In this document: positions 27,358 to 40,406 of the stretch, in pieces
How the letters are laid out: each line of letters opens with the position of its first letter
Position numbering within the stretch: the first letter of the stretch is position 1
Assembly: GCA_051047955.1 (NCBI GenBank)
Contig: JBPGPT010000006.1
Location: 496,001 to 560,000, forward strand
Length of the DNA stretch: 64,000 bases
Reading direction: 5' to 3'
DNA from: Cystobasidiomycetes sp. EMM_F5
Taxonomy: Eukaryota
The notes under the pieces: model-generated
What the model saw: only the letters and a program-made list of their open reading frames with translations
Database searches by the model: none
What the model was told of the DNA's origin: nothing
Translations under genes and position numbers: made by a program

Positions 27358-29037
27358 CTACACTAAATCTGATGATGCTAGGCTCGCTTCCCTCTCCTTC
27401 TTCTCTGCGCGCCGCTTTCCAACAGTCTCCATCCACCGCCGATTGATATTCTCGACAAGATCACTTCGGGGCCGGTCAAGCAGCGGAATGTACCGCGAGG
27501 CTTTTATATTGGTGTGATTGCCTGCTCCCGTCTGAATGATGCGGCGTGCATCCGCAGCATCATCGTCGAGGGCGTTAGCGCGCTTATCGTCCTCACTGTG
27601 CAACAATGTGCACGCTTGCAGAAAATGGCGAGATATTGTTGATTTGACGCGCAGTCCGGTGTAATGAGTCCACATGGCTCCCGCACTCTTTAAAGCAGCA
27701 TCCTGGCGCCACGATACCGAGTCTGCGGGGAAGCCGCAATCCCACAGCACTAACGGCAGATCATCCGCCATTTCGTAGCCCGGACGCGATGGCACAATCG
27801 GAATCGTAGCTGTGCTCGTTGAAGCAAAACTCTCGTCGTAGCCCGTATTGGCCAAAGTGTCAATGATGCTAGGTTGCTCTGCACCGCTTCCGACAAGAAA
27901 CAGGACAGCCATGATGTGCCGTACCTGATTATATAGAAATGCGGAGCCTCGCAAATTCAAGACCATCAACCTATCGTCCTCTTCACTCCCACTCGCTGTC
28001 TCAGCCTCATCGACTTCATCGATAGTCGCACTTAGTATCCGCCTTTTATAATTCGTCAGCTGCTTTGTAGGATCTATCTTGCAGAGATTTCGAAAGTCGT
28101 GTTCTCCCACAAGTCTTGAAGCAGCATCCCGCATTGCCGGTATATCCAACGGCGCATACCGCCTGCTGTTTGTGAAAAAGTATTTATAATGCCGATGTGA
28201 GCAGGAGAATCGGGCGTCAAATTCAGGCGATACGGGTGACCAACCCAATATACGTATGGATGGCGGAAGGAAGCGATTGAGAAGTTGCATATAAGGCAGT
28301 TCAAGCTTGACTGCGCTTCTTGCAGCATGTCTCTGCAGATAGTCGTTGCGCTCCGATTTGGAGAGGACTTTTAGAGCTTGCTCATCCAGTGTTTCTTCGT
28401 CATGTTGGGCTGAACCGTTGCTAATAGGATTTTGAGATCCCTTGGGTGTCTTTGCTGGCCACCATCCTAGCTCTTTCGTGCCTTCTTTCTCACGTAGCTG
28501 ACTGCGAACATACAAGGCGACGACCTGGCCGGCGGCGCTGACGCCTCTGTCAGTCCTCCCACATCTTGAGTATCCCAACCCCTCCAACCCATCCTCACTA
28601 TTGCGAGGGCTGATGAGTCGAGCTCTAGCCAGTGCATCTAAGAGTACCCCCTCGACGGTCGGTAACGGTGTTCCTTCGTTTTGTATTGCGAGTCCACCAT
28701 AATGCCAACCTTCATAGCTGAACCTGAGTGCTATCTTGCGAGAAGGATAGCCATCAAAAAATGACTGCGGCGTCTGTTGTGCGCTCGCACTTGTCGAAGC
28801 GACCGGTGGCAGCGGTGCAGAAACGTCGTTAGAACGCCACGCTTGCCGTATAGCTTTAGCAGGTCTTAGACGAGTAGCAGCATCGATGCTATCGTCCAAG
28901 TGTAGAGGTGCGCTGGGATCTTGTCGCAGATTGCGAGCTGACGACAGCTGTTGCTCGAGGTGCGAAATTCGGGCAAGCAGGTCGTCCCGACTCGCAGAAG
29001 CATAGTCTAGCGTGTTGCTAGAGCAGACAGTAGTCAT
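27358..29037 (-). CDS. DEG1: tRNA pseudouridine(38/39) synthase, TruA family
   Basis: RKIALRFSYEGWHYGGL, YSRCGRTDRGVSA, FDARFSC..RHYKYFF, GEHDFRNLCK, AFLYNQVR, PLVLWDC. Start could be the upstream ATG at 29079. Confidence 0.93.
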   Translation of the reverse strand: MTTVCSSNTLDYASASRDDLLARISHLEQQLSSARNLRQDPSAPLHLDDSIDAATRLRPAKAIRQAWRSNDVSAPLPPVASTSASAQQTPQSFFDGYPSRKIALRFSYEGWHYGGLAIQNEGTPLPTVEGVLLDALARARLISPRNSEDGLEGLGYSRCGRTDRGVSAAGQVVALYVRSQLREKEGTKELGWWPAKTPKGSQNPISNGSAQHDEETLDEQALKVLSKSERNDYLQRHAARSAVKLELPYMQLLNRFLPPSIRILGWSPVSPEFDARFSCSHRHYKYFFTNSRRYAPLDIPAMRDAASRLVGEHDFRNLCKIDPTKQLTNYKRRILSATIDEVDEAETASGSEEDDRLMVLNLRGSAFLYNQVRHIMAVLFLVGSGAEQPSIIDTLANTGYDESFASTSTATIPIVPSRPGYEMADDLPLVLWDCGFPADSVSWRQDAALKSAGAMWTHYTGLRVKSTISRHFLQACTLLHSEDDKRANALDDDAADARRIIQTGAGNHTNIKASRYIPLLDRPRSDLVENINRRWMETVGKRRAEKKEREASLASSDLV

Positions 29038-29251
29038 CTTCCTGAAAGCTGCAAGGTAGGCATTAGACCTTACTAACATGCAAAGAGGTAACAGCAGACA
29101 AAGCGTTTGATATTCGATACGCTTGATTTCGGCAGTACGGAAAGGGCTATAGACAGTTTATCTTTTTAATCAAGTGAACAGTCTAGCCATACAACGATAG
29201 ATGCCCGACCTTTGTCACAATTCAAGCAACATCCCATATTGTCAGCATCCA

Positions 29252-30902
29252 CTATGCGCGCTGACTTTGTCCCGCATTGGCCGGATGAGCCAGATCCAGC
29301 TCTCTACTGGCTCGAATGCGCTGCAGTATCTGAATGACCCTATCGTCGCCTGGCGTAGAAGCTGCTGTACCGCTTGCGAAGCCCAGGCCAGGCGTCGGCA
29401 AGCTCGGGGTCTTGTCGCGCGCGCTTGCGGTACTAGGCGTATGACCTATGCTGTTACCAGGTTGCGAGGCTTCTGCTGCCGGAGCCGCTGGAGGGGCATC
29501 TTCGTACGTCTGCCACAGAGCGTACAGAGAAATCATCTCTTGAACGACTTCCAGGACGAGTGGCATTTGCACATTGAGCGAAGCTAGGAAAGTAATGGGA
29601 TCCGTTTTCCCTCGAGCATGGCTGCTTTGTGCAACAGTGACAGGTTTCTCCGGCAAAGGGTGGGCAGCAGGTGGAAGAGATGATTTCGATGACGCGGACT
29701 CGACGTTGGCAGATGTGGAGGAAGAGGATAGATTCGATTGTCCGACAGAGCTGGTGCGCTGACGTTTCAAATCACGTTCTCCGCTCGCTTTCGCTCCTTC
29801 GACACCTTGTGCAACGCTGGCAGCCTTTGGCATTGGTGAGAGACCGACTGCGGCGAACAGATTGGGCGGCATATGTAGCGAAAAAGCAAGATAGATAGCT
29901 GCCGTAGCAATGATGTGCGGAGGGTACAGGAGACACAGATGAGACCGGTAGCTGTCGTTTAGCACGAACCTGGAAGTAACCAGCATCCGATCAGCCATGG
30001 AGGCCGCATCGACTAAGCGGTAAAGTAGCCACACACCAAGCCATCTGCATGGAGTTATCATCCATATCAATCATTGTTTCTCTGATGGCAATCGGTCCAC
30101 CGTCTCTTCCGCTCATGTGAACCAAGCTCCGATACGGATGATAGACGATGAAATGAAATTCTAGATCCTCAATGAGGTCTTGAGCATATCAAACTCAGCA
30201 TAAAAACTGTACCGGGCTATCGAACGTGTGCTTACAGAACTCCATCTCTGCTAGCTTCGTCGCATCGGATGGAAAAGTGGTAATGCCGTATTCTTTTAAG
30301 CATTCAATGAGCCAGACGTCTTGATCAGTCGGCTGTGGATAGAACATTGTCGCAAAATACTCACCACCAAATGTTGCTCGCGCTTCCGTCACAACTAGCT
30401 TCATATGAATTGCAGTTTCTTCCGCTTTTGCAGCGACATACACGCAAGCGGCCGCTACGAGCGGAATGTCCGTTTCTAGAAAGACTGATCAGCCATGCAT
30501 CGCGGGCTCGCTGCTACAACCTACCGCAGTAGCTATTTTTCAAATAGAATCTCCGCAGAAACACCACTGCGGTTGCCGTGACTTGCTGGCGAAGGGATAG
30601 GCGCTTGGCGAGTTTGTGAATGGCTGTTGAGATCCGTGCGCGATTGAGGCAGTAGACACCGACCGAGTAGCGGTTCGTACATACCATTTGCGCTCCATAT
30701 GCCAATCCAGGCGAGTTCCTGCGCGGTCGCATACTTCAAGTCTAGCGTTCGAGCATTCGCCAGTATTCTTCGGTCAACAAGCCAGAAGTTGCTGTGCGAG
30801 CAGACCAAGCCATTCAACAGACGATGTTAGCTGTACGGGGTCGGCGAACTTGTCGTTTGTAGCAGCTCACCCGTGCGATGAGCGCCAAAAGTCGGCGGCC
30901 AT
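29252..30902 (-). CDS. SSN8: Cyclin C, Mediator CDK8-module cyclin
   Basis: MAADFWRSSH, LRQQVTATAVVFLRRFYLKNS, YVAAKAEE, LAEMEF, FHPYRSL, LNDSYRS, LLYPPHIIA. Confidence 0.94.
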
Positions 30903-31097
30903 TAGGATACAACTCAGCGACTACATGGTGTCATTGCAGGCAGTGGTAGCTGAGCATTGTCCCGCTAGATCTGAAGGAAAGGCCCGGCGAGACTGCAGAC
31001 TGCATGATGGTAACGCCGATCGTGCATGTAATGAGACTGCAACCTTACAGCTTGCTTGCCTTGCACCACTGCACACCTTTATCCTATTCTGACAGCC

Positions 31098-32987
31098 ATG
31101 AATATTTTCAACGATGAGGTGCGCTACACCCGGCAATCCCATATCGCTTTGCTATGCTTGCTAAATTATTGATGGCATCCAAATTCGCAGGCGACGCAAG
31201 AGCGCGCCGAGAATGTAGGCAGCTCAATACAAGTGCACCTCAGTAGCACAGAATTCATCGCTAATGTACTGTCGCCGGGTACAGGCTCGAATGAGTTCGT
31301 TTGTCGGAGCAATTGCGTTAGGCGACCTCGTAAAATCGACATTGGGTCCCAAGGGGATGAACAAGATTTTGCATTCCGTCAGTACCGGCGATGTCATTGT
31401 CACAAATGACGGCGCGACAATTCTCAAGAGTATAGCGCTCGACAATCCGGCTGCAAAGATTCTTGTCAATATTTCCAAAGTCCAGGACGACGAAGTCGGG
31501 GATGGAACGACGAGTGTGTGCGTCCTGGCAGCAGAGTTGCTGAGAGAAGCCGAGAAACTCGTCGCCATGCGCTTACATCCTCAAACCATCGTCGAGGGAT
31601 ATCGGATAGCCAGCAGGGAGGCTTTAGCCGCTTTGAAAGAGTCGGCTGTGGATCATGGGTGGGTCTGGTGTTCATTGGTCACGCATTATCTTACAGCTAA
31701 GACTAGTGCATACTCGCAGGCAAGATCCTGCAGCATTCCGGGAGGATCTCCTAAACATCGCTCGAACGACACTTTCTTCAAAAGTCTTGTCGGCCGACAA
31801 GGACTACTTTGCCGAATTGGCAGTCAATGCCGTTATGCGTCTCAAGGGCTCTACAGATCTCGACCACATCCAAATCATCAAAAAGCCTGGAGGGAAATTG
31901 CGCGACTCGTACCTGGACGAAGGGTTCATCCTCGACAAGACAATCAGCGTAAACTGTCCAAGGCGGATAGAGAATGCGAAAATACTCATCGCCAACACCT
32001 CTATGGACACAGACAAGATCAAGATCTTTGGAGCCAAGATCAAGGTGGATGGAACCGGCAAATTGGCAGAAGTCGAGCGGGCTGAGCGGGAAAAGATGAA
32101 GGCCAAGGTGCAAAAGATCAAATCGCATGGCATCAATTGCTTTGTCAACCGACAACTCGTATACAACTATCCCGAATCTCTCTTCGCTCAGGAAGGCATC
32201 ATGTGTATCGAACATGCGGATTTCGAGGGTGTCGAGCGATTGGCTCTTGTCACTGGCGGAGAAATTGCTAGCACATTCGAGCGACCTGATCTCGTCAAAC
32301 TCGGGCAGTGTGACACTATCGAGGAGATTATGATTGGCGAAGATCGGGTGCGCGTTATTGGCAGCATCGTACTATCGCACCTTGACGCTAACATACATTG
32401 CTTCAGCTGATCAAATTCTCTGGAGTTGCGGCAGGCCAGGCGTGTACAGTTGTGCTACGGGGCGCGACATCGCAAATGGTTGATGAAGCGGATCGCTCGC
32501 TACATGATGCCCTGTCTGTCCTCTCGCAGACAATCAAAGAAACACCGATTGTCTATGGCGGGGGCTGTTCTGAGATGCTGATGGCCAACCGAGTCGACGA
32601 TATTGCAAAGAAGACTCAAGGCAAGCAAGCTATTGCTGTTGAAGCCTTTGCGAGAGCGTTAAGACAGGTGAGCGTCAGCCGCCTCCGACAATCAATGGCG
32701 CAACTGATAATCGCTATGACATGCAGATGCCGACCATCTTGAGTGATAATGCCGGCTATGACAGTTCGGATCTAGTCGCGCGTCTTAGGGCGGCTCACTA
32801 CGATGGGCAAAAAGACGCCGGTCTGGACATGCAAAATGGTGCGATTGGATCAATGAAGGAGATTGGCGTGACAGAGTCGTACAAGCTCAAGCGACAAGTG
32901 GTGGTCTCTGCAAGCGAGGCTGCCGAGATGATACTCCGTGTGGACGATATCCTGCGGTCAGCACCACGCAAGCGAGAAGGGCATTAG
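31098..32987 (+). CDS. CCT2: T-complex protein 1 subunit beta
   Basis: [64 protein letters not shown] short upstream coding exon cannot be excluded. Confidence 0.97.
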
Positions 32988-33206
32988 TCGAGTATTAGCG
33001 AGCAGAAGAAGTACGTCTGTCTGTTGTAAGCATACACCGCAGAATAAAGTCGTTCTTGAGATCTAAGGGCGGCGTTCGCTTGACGGTGCAATGAGGGTAT
33101 ATTGTGTCCCCTATTTTCAGCCATGGCATAGTTGTGTCTGGGTGAGCCTCTTTGTCCAGCTGTTGCACTGCACCATGCTGCACTGCAAAATGACGGATGT
33201 CATACT

Positions 33207-36018
33207 ATGAAGCCTACGATGATGCCGAGACGCTCTTCGGCGTCAGTCGTGGCCGTCCCAGCTGCAGCACGAAAGCTCCCGCTGAGCAGACTGCCGACGA
33301 CGACCAAGGGCGAGACTCCGATACCCAAATTCGCTGCTTGCTACGCTGCGATTTTGCAAGGGTCAGAGAAGCCAGCGCCATATTCTCCGACAGACGTCGA
33401 GCGGTTCTACTTTGATCTGTTTTGTCTGGATGTTGACCGACACCTGTTGACCGAGTTGTGTCGCGCCGTGCAAGACTCGCAGCTGACAGAAAGTGGTGTG
33501 ATCAGAGTAAAGGAACTCCGCGTCGTGATATAGTCGCATGCCGCTGATCGCGTTTCATCCGCTATAGAACAATATTCGCGAGCTATTCTTCTACGCAGTC
33601 GGATGTCTCAAAGCACCTGAGTCCGAGGGCGATGTCAGACCAAGTAATGTTCTCGAGGCGGGTCTAACTTGCCTTTAGCATGCGTTGGGCTGCAGTAACG
33701 CCTTTGGATATCAGACCCTCTCCATTGTCTTGGGAGACTTCTTGTCACGACCCTGGCCCGACCGTAGCGTCACGGCTATCCATCTGTTAGCTGGCACGCT
33801 CGACCAAGCAGATGCCGTCTTTACCGTGCATAACCTATGGCAAGGAAGATGGACTTCACTAATGTCGCTGTCACAACAGGATTTCGTCACAGCTGTGGAT
33901 GACCTCTTGCAGAGCTCCGCCCATTCAAGTGTGTATAGGTTTTACAAACGTTCTACTGTGCTCTGATGCGCGAACTGCAGCCATTGTGAAAGGCAGAGCT
34001 ATCTTCTTAGCGCTTCTGTTCATTGCAGCAATCAACCAGGGTTCCGTCAATGCATACTTTCTACGACGAGACCTTTTCAATACTATAATCAAAGTAAGCA
34101 GTACTTCCCATGAACTGTAGAATGCGCTGAGTTGCAGCGTAGCTGGTTTCTGTACCTGCGACTGCGTATCTAGCAGGCGATGGCATGCTGATGCTGGGGA
34201 TACTGGCCAACTATCACAAGTATGAGGCTCGTAACGCTATCCTTGTGCGCTTTGAAGACTTGGTCGATGATGGTATCATGAAGCGTTTGAGAGAGTCGGC
34301 CTCGGCATCCTTGCTGCTAGCGAGAGAGTAGGTCTAAAGCTGGATTGCTTATGGCTTCATCAGCCGACTTTGCCGTCGTTAGCAGAATGTTCAACGAAGC
34401 CGCGTTCGAGGCTACGCCAACTCTAGTTGAGAGCTTGACATCGCTCGTGTCGACATTCTGGTCGCTCGGGTCGCCATCGAGATCGCCAAGCAAACCAGAC
34501 AAAACACTCGTACGCAGCGACGGTAACGAGATTCGTCTAACCATGTAAGAATACTCCCGACAGAATGGGGCAATACCCGACTGAGAATTTCGGCAGACCT
34601 CCTGAAATCACTGCCTTATTATTACCCTTATATGACTTGGTAAATAGCAATAAAGCATTTTGTGCATTTCTGCTGAACGATAGGTCAGATGTTGATTCTG
34701 CTGGTGCGTACCGAGAGGCGCGCGATTAGCTCAGCCACTGATTACGTTGCATCAGAACCCGACTTTCTCGGCACTCTCGTCAGCTATTCTTCGTACTTAG
34801 CATCTCATGCATCACAAAGCACGCGAGCACGATTATATTGCCGACTGGCGTTTGCTGTCGTTGCTATCCTGGTCGAAGAAGGCCCGCAAGTCCTCCTGTC
34901 CACGCAGTATGCCTGTGACGTCCGACTCTGTCGACAAGTAGGTTCCGTCTCTCCCTATTCTTATCACATCTGAATAGTACTCTTTTATGCTCAGCGACAG
35001 CCACTACTTTCACCCAGCAGCGATACTAAGCGACCATGTGTATTGGGCATTCTCGACTGTATTACGCTCTTTCTGCGGTGTAATCTTGCAAGAAAGCAAT
35101 TCGATAGCGAATCTTATCTGTGAGTTATGCCAATACGCCGGTCAGGTATGATTCCGCTGACTTGTACTCCGTCTCAGACTGGTGTTGCAGATAGTACATA
35201 AAATAATGCATCAGCTTAAAAGCACGCGCGTACGATTAAGTAAGTAAGTAAATTATAAAGCCGGGTGACAAACATGCTCAATCATCAGGTAAACCAGATT
35301 ACGATTGGTCACATCTCTTACAAGCCTTGTTGGCGTTAGCGCGGTTTCTTCAATCCCGGCAGGCAGAACTCTGCGATCTCCCTTCGATGGAGGAGCTCAT
35401 CAACCAGCTGATATTGACACTAGATTTCGGCATCGTATGGGCAGATGTTCTTCAGCCCGATGCAGACGCCATCGCGCAACAGCTGTATGAGGTTTTGCGA
35501 GCAGATGAGTACCTGACGAAACTCGGAAAAATTGCGAATCCTGCTATTCCTACAACACCCCGACTACCCTCGCCACAATTTGGAACTCCTCGACGCATTA
35601 GCATGAGCGGCTCTCTTACACCGAAAAGTCCCACGCTGGGATCCATGCCATGTCCATCGCCGCGGCTGGCACCAGAAATGTCGGGCCCTTCCGCTCAAAG
35701 TGTCCGCAATCTAGCTGTCATCAAGTCGCATTTTGGTACACAGTTGGACAACTACCAGGAGAGACATGGGATCACTCATCTTGACGAGGATCAAGTCATG
35801 AGTATCATCAAGAGCTCCATGGACGGTCTCGACTTGCGCGAGAGCATAGCCCTGGAAGACGCAGGCATGCGGTAAGCGTGTTGTATAGATGGCCCATTCA
35901 TTTCCAGCTGATATACATCAACAGGAGGTACTCCGAATCGGAGCACGAGGGCTTTTTCAGCGAACTTGTAGAGACTGTTGCACGAGACGTTCTGATGATG
36001 ACTCGACCCGCAATATGA
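33207..36018 (+). CDS. Armadillo-like helical protein (ARMH3/C10orf76, DUF1741-like)
   Basis: Many small exons: NAYFLRRDLF, LGILANYHKYEARN, LLLPLYDLV, YSSYLASHA, LYCRLAF, VRLCRQR, LYEVLR. Confidence 0.75.
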
Positions 36019-36177
36019 AATTCTCCATCAAGATCAAGGCTTGCACTTGTTCATGTATGGCCAATGCCGTGCTGAGACAGAACAGACGGTCGCAGCCCAT
36101 CGTAGCACAAGCCCGCACGAGCGCCATCAGCATAATCCTGAAATGCAAAGCCAAGCACCTTTGGATCTGCAGGCAAA

Positions 36178-38110
36178 TCAGCTTTGATCTAGCCAAACAG
36201 CTAATTGCGACCCCCTACATAACTCTCTGGCGGTCCATTCTGATTCGTCCTCGTCCGATTCGTACATTGGATCGTCTCGCAGTTTTTGCCAGGCGACTTG
36301 AGACCCGTTACGACAGGACAAAGTATTAGATATACAGTCTCTCGAGCACAAGCAATCGACGTACGATGAAGGAGAGAAGTCGCATGATGCGGACTGGCTT
36401 CCTCCGCTGCCTGCCACTGCTTGCGCACTGCATACAAGCGTAGACCGCATTAATGTGACAAACAAACCCAACTTTCAAAGCGGCATAACTCACATTCTAC
36501 GTCAAGAGCTGTGACACCCGCACTCGTTAGCCGTGGGAATGGCGGTAGTTCTGGCACCACCTGCGCTGCTGCCATTTCCGGAGCTGGAAGAACTGGAGTC
36601 GTTGCAACCACAGATGTAGGACTACGGCTACGGGCATCATCATTCAAAGTGAAGGTGCTCGGCGCCGGGGACGACATGCGAGACTCGACTTTGACTTTTG
36701 CCCTGACTCTTTTGGGCAAGCTGCCTGGTACCAACAAACCACTTGTTGTGGATGGGTTTCTGTCCAAAAGCGCCGGACTAGCTCCACCTGTGACTCAGGG
36801 TCAAATTTGCACCATTCTATGGCGATTGATATACCTTTGGCATTGGAGCTGCTAGCAGCCAAACTTTCCTCGGCTCTGTATTTTTCGAGGAAATCCTCGC
36901 GAAGAATCTTCATGCGAATACCGAAAGCTAGCTCCTCGGCCGTGTCTGCATTTTCGGTCGAGCAGTCGGTCCGATCCAATACTAGAAGCTGACTCGCTGA
37001 CAACTTGTTTAGACCGTCTGCAAAATCAGCAGCGGCGAGTTCGGGTTGTTCCAGGAAGCGGTGTACGAGGTACAAAAAAGCTTGGCTACGCAACCGACTT
37101 GGAATGGATGCGGCATGACTGACAAGGAATCAAGGTCAATGTACGCTGCAAGTCATGGCTCAAGAGGACACGACGTACTTGGCGGGCAGGAATAGATCGT
37201 GAAGGGTGTAGCCTTCGGGGAAATACTTGGTGGTCAAGCGCTGCGAGCAGATGTCAGCGGCATGACACTGATGTTAGACCATTGACTACGTACAATATGT
37301 TGCGTAAACATCAAGAAAAGTAATTGGACGGCACAAGTGGGAGGTTGCCACCCTAGCTCGATCTGTTTCGTCGTCCTTTAGCAACGTAGAGTGTCTTCGA
37401 CATCACCCTCTCACTCTGCGTTGTAGAACCTGTTCGAGAGAATCGGGAAGGTTGTTTTCCTCCAAGGGTAGGCAACAGCCTTTCAGTTGTGCCTTCATTC
37501 GCGGCGCATCCTGCAGATTCCGACTGGTGAAATCGTCTAGTTGCATTGAAGGTATGGAATGGTACGTTCGCAAGACAGTCTTCATCTCTGGATAGACTGT
37601 AGACGCGCATCCAGCGGCCGTTAGTAGGCGACCCACATCAAGCGTGACATGCACGCACATGCTAACGTAGTATTCATCCGCCCAATATTGATCAACAGAC
37701 ACAGTTTTGCAAAACTGACGGCATACTCTGTACTTTCGCCCATCTTCTCTTTTAGGTTCTTTGTAGCCTTTGTACTGTTGCTCAAACAGTCGAGATATAG
37801 CTCTGCGAATGACCATGTTCGGTCGGTGGGAAAGAGCGGGATCGTTGCATCCGTATAAGGCGGCGGAGTGAAGCGATAGTGTACATCGCTGAATATGTCG
37901 TTCAAGAGATCAGCCTGCAAATCCCAGCGCAGAATCGGGTCTCCGTCCCTTGGCTTTAGGTTCTGTTTTGCAGCGTTAGGATTGGTCGCCTTGCGCAGCA
38001 GATGGAGCCCTTTTAACGAGACTTACCCAGAGGGGGCCTCCTGGCATGTTCGTAGTAGCAGAAGTCGTAGTTTCCCCGTCGCCCTCTGCCTTTCGTTTAC
38101 GAGCGGGCAT
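36178..38110 (-). CDS. IES1: INO80 complex subunit 1
   Basis: DGDPILRWDLQADLL, FAKLCLLINIGRMNTTL, YPEMKTVLRTYHSIPS, LQDAPRMKAQLKG, QAFLYLVHRFLE. 3' end uncertain (may extend to ~36051 through one more intron). Confidence 0.85.
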
Positions 38111-38433
38111 GTTTAAAGCTGTTTGCGCGCGATAATGAGCGGAGATGATATAGGCGAACCGCTGTGATGTAACGTGTAAGGACTTGTGGAGAGAGGGTGC
38201 AATTTTTGACCAAATAGGGCTCGTCGTGACTTGCGGTGTGAGTCACCCGGTAATGTGTATGTATGTTTCGGTCTCAGGAGCCAGCTTGCTACGTCTCTCA
38301 GTCCAGACGGTGTTTACAGAACACTAGTAGCATCATATCATTCTTATAAACGCAATTATGCGCGCATGTCGCGTGTCGGACGGAAAGCAAAGCTCCAGCA
38401 TTCTCATAAGTCACTTTCTTGCCAGCTCTGGCC

Positions 38434-40279
38434 ATGTCGCAACGGGAACTCGTCGCCAAAGCGGAAGAGCTGTACCCTGTCGCCAACCAGTATCCTGCAA
38501 GCGAACATGCGCAAAAGGTCTTTACTAAACTCGCAAAGGCAACCGGAACGCAGACGTTGGCTATATACTTGGCCGGCGAAGGCGTAAAGTACCGGTGGGC
38601 TGGGATGGAATGGACACTGCGACGGAGCGACGACTGACAGGCTATTATTCTCAGAAACGATACTGACCGCGAGCTGGCATTCAGGTTGGTTTCACCTCGA
38701 CTTGCGAAATGACGTTGCTTTTATGCATCGAACGCGTGAAGTTGAACTACCATTTACAGGCAGGAGAGCAACTTTTACTACTTGACTGGCTGCGACATTC
38801 CTGGGTCTCACTTGCTTGCCTGGTCTACTCCCGCTCAAGATGCCAAACATGCGCAAGCCGCTCAGTTGGATATCACCGTCGCCCTGTTTATTCCCGAGCT
38901 GGACGAACTCGATGTGATGTGAGACAACCGCTTTTCTGCCGAGCGACATTCTGATGAGCATCCAATTCCAGGTGGTCCGGCATGCCCCTCACGCCGGAAG
39001 AAGTAGCCGAAAAGCTCGACGTCACAAGTGTCAGAGACATGACCGCGTTCCACTCCAGCAGAGACCAGCTCCCTGCTGATACAATTCACGTCCTCCCGAC
39101 GTACAATTTACCCGGCGAGACACCGTCTCGATTCTCGACAACAGATGAATACCTACGAATGTCATGTCAGGAAGCCCGACTGACAAAGACTGCAGCGGAG
39201 ATTGACCTGATACAACGTGCCAACGACATTACCTCTCGTGCGCAAGAGGGAGTCATGAAAGCATGCGGTGGAGGGGAGACGCGCAGCGAGTATGAAGCGG
39301 AAGCAGTGTTTGCGTACTATTGCGCTCGAAAAGGTTCGAAAGCAATGGCGTACGAGAGTATTGCCGCGTCATGCTCGTCGGCAGGAACACTTCACTATAT
39401 CCGCAACAAGGCGTCATTTCCGTCGAGCGGACCAGACGGCCTGCTTCTGCTCGATGCGGGGTGTGAAGTCGACAATTACGGTGCAGATGTGACGAGAACG
39501 TTCCCGATAGCGGAGGGAGGAAAGTTCACGCCCGAAGCTAGAGACATCTACAACCTCGTACTAGAGATGCAGAATGCGGCATTCGGGCGTATCAGACCCG
39601 GTTGTCATTACGATACGCTGCAAAAGCTAATGCACGAAGTTGCAATTGCCGGACTCCTCAGACTTGGGATACTGCAAATACCGCCCAAGGACGAAGATGT
39701 GAAGAGGATCGAGGAATGGGACGATGCGAGAGAAGGTCGAGAGTCGTTGTCGGCCCAGCAGGAAATACTGCACAGTGGCGTATCAACTGCATTCTTCCCG
39801 CATGGTCTCGGGCACAGCCTTGGTCTCGACGTCCATGTCAGTGGAACGATGATTATACTGGTACTATCGCGGCTGACGTTGCCAAAATCCACTACAGGAC
39901 AGTCCGCTTGCCTCACGACCGCAAGGAGCGAGTAGTGACCCTCTCCTCAAATACCTTCGTTTCCGCCGACCGCTTGAAGAGGGCAATGTCGTGACTGTTG
40001 AACCAGGCATCTATTTCAACCCGTTCCTGTTGAAGCCCTTTGCAGAGTCTCCGTACATCAACCAAGAAGTTTTGAAGCGGTACATGTCCGTAGGCGGCGT
40101 GCGCTTGGAAGACGAGTAAGCGGCTACTTCACTCATACCGACCGTTTTCATTGAAGCCCATCTCGAACAGCATACTTATCACTCCTCATGGCTTTCACAA
40201 TTTTACATCCGCCAAAAAGAGCATCGAAGATGTGGAGGCGCTGTGTCAATCACCGGCACCGTCGCTAAAATTACTCTAG
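38434..40279 (+). CDS. Xaa-Pro aminopeptidase/prolidase (peptidase M24B)
   Basis: RLTKTAAEI, GTLHY, LLLDAGCE..YGADVTRTFP, FFPHGLGHSLGLDVHD, VTVEPGIYF, GGVRLED. Confidence 0.94.
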
Positions 40280-40406
40280 GTCATGGATAGCGTTTCGTAA
40301 GCAGACAACCTGTAGCATCAACATTGTAGTTGCGACTGGTTTTGCGTTTGGTCCGAATCGTCATCATATACGTCGACGTGGTGTACTATACATTCTTTTG
40401 GAGCAG

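Noticed and set aside
27358..29079. Intronless DEG1/PUS3 as a retrocopy
   Set aside because: No poly(A) remnant or target-site duplication; intronless genes occur normally.
31000..31095. Possible C/D-box snoRNA upstream of CCT2 (ATGATG ... CTGA)
   Set aside because: Imperfect C box, no terminal stem and no convincing rRNA-complementary guide seen.
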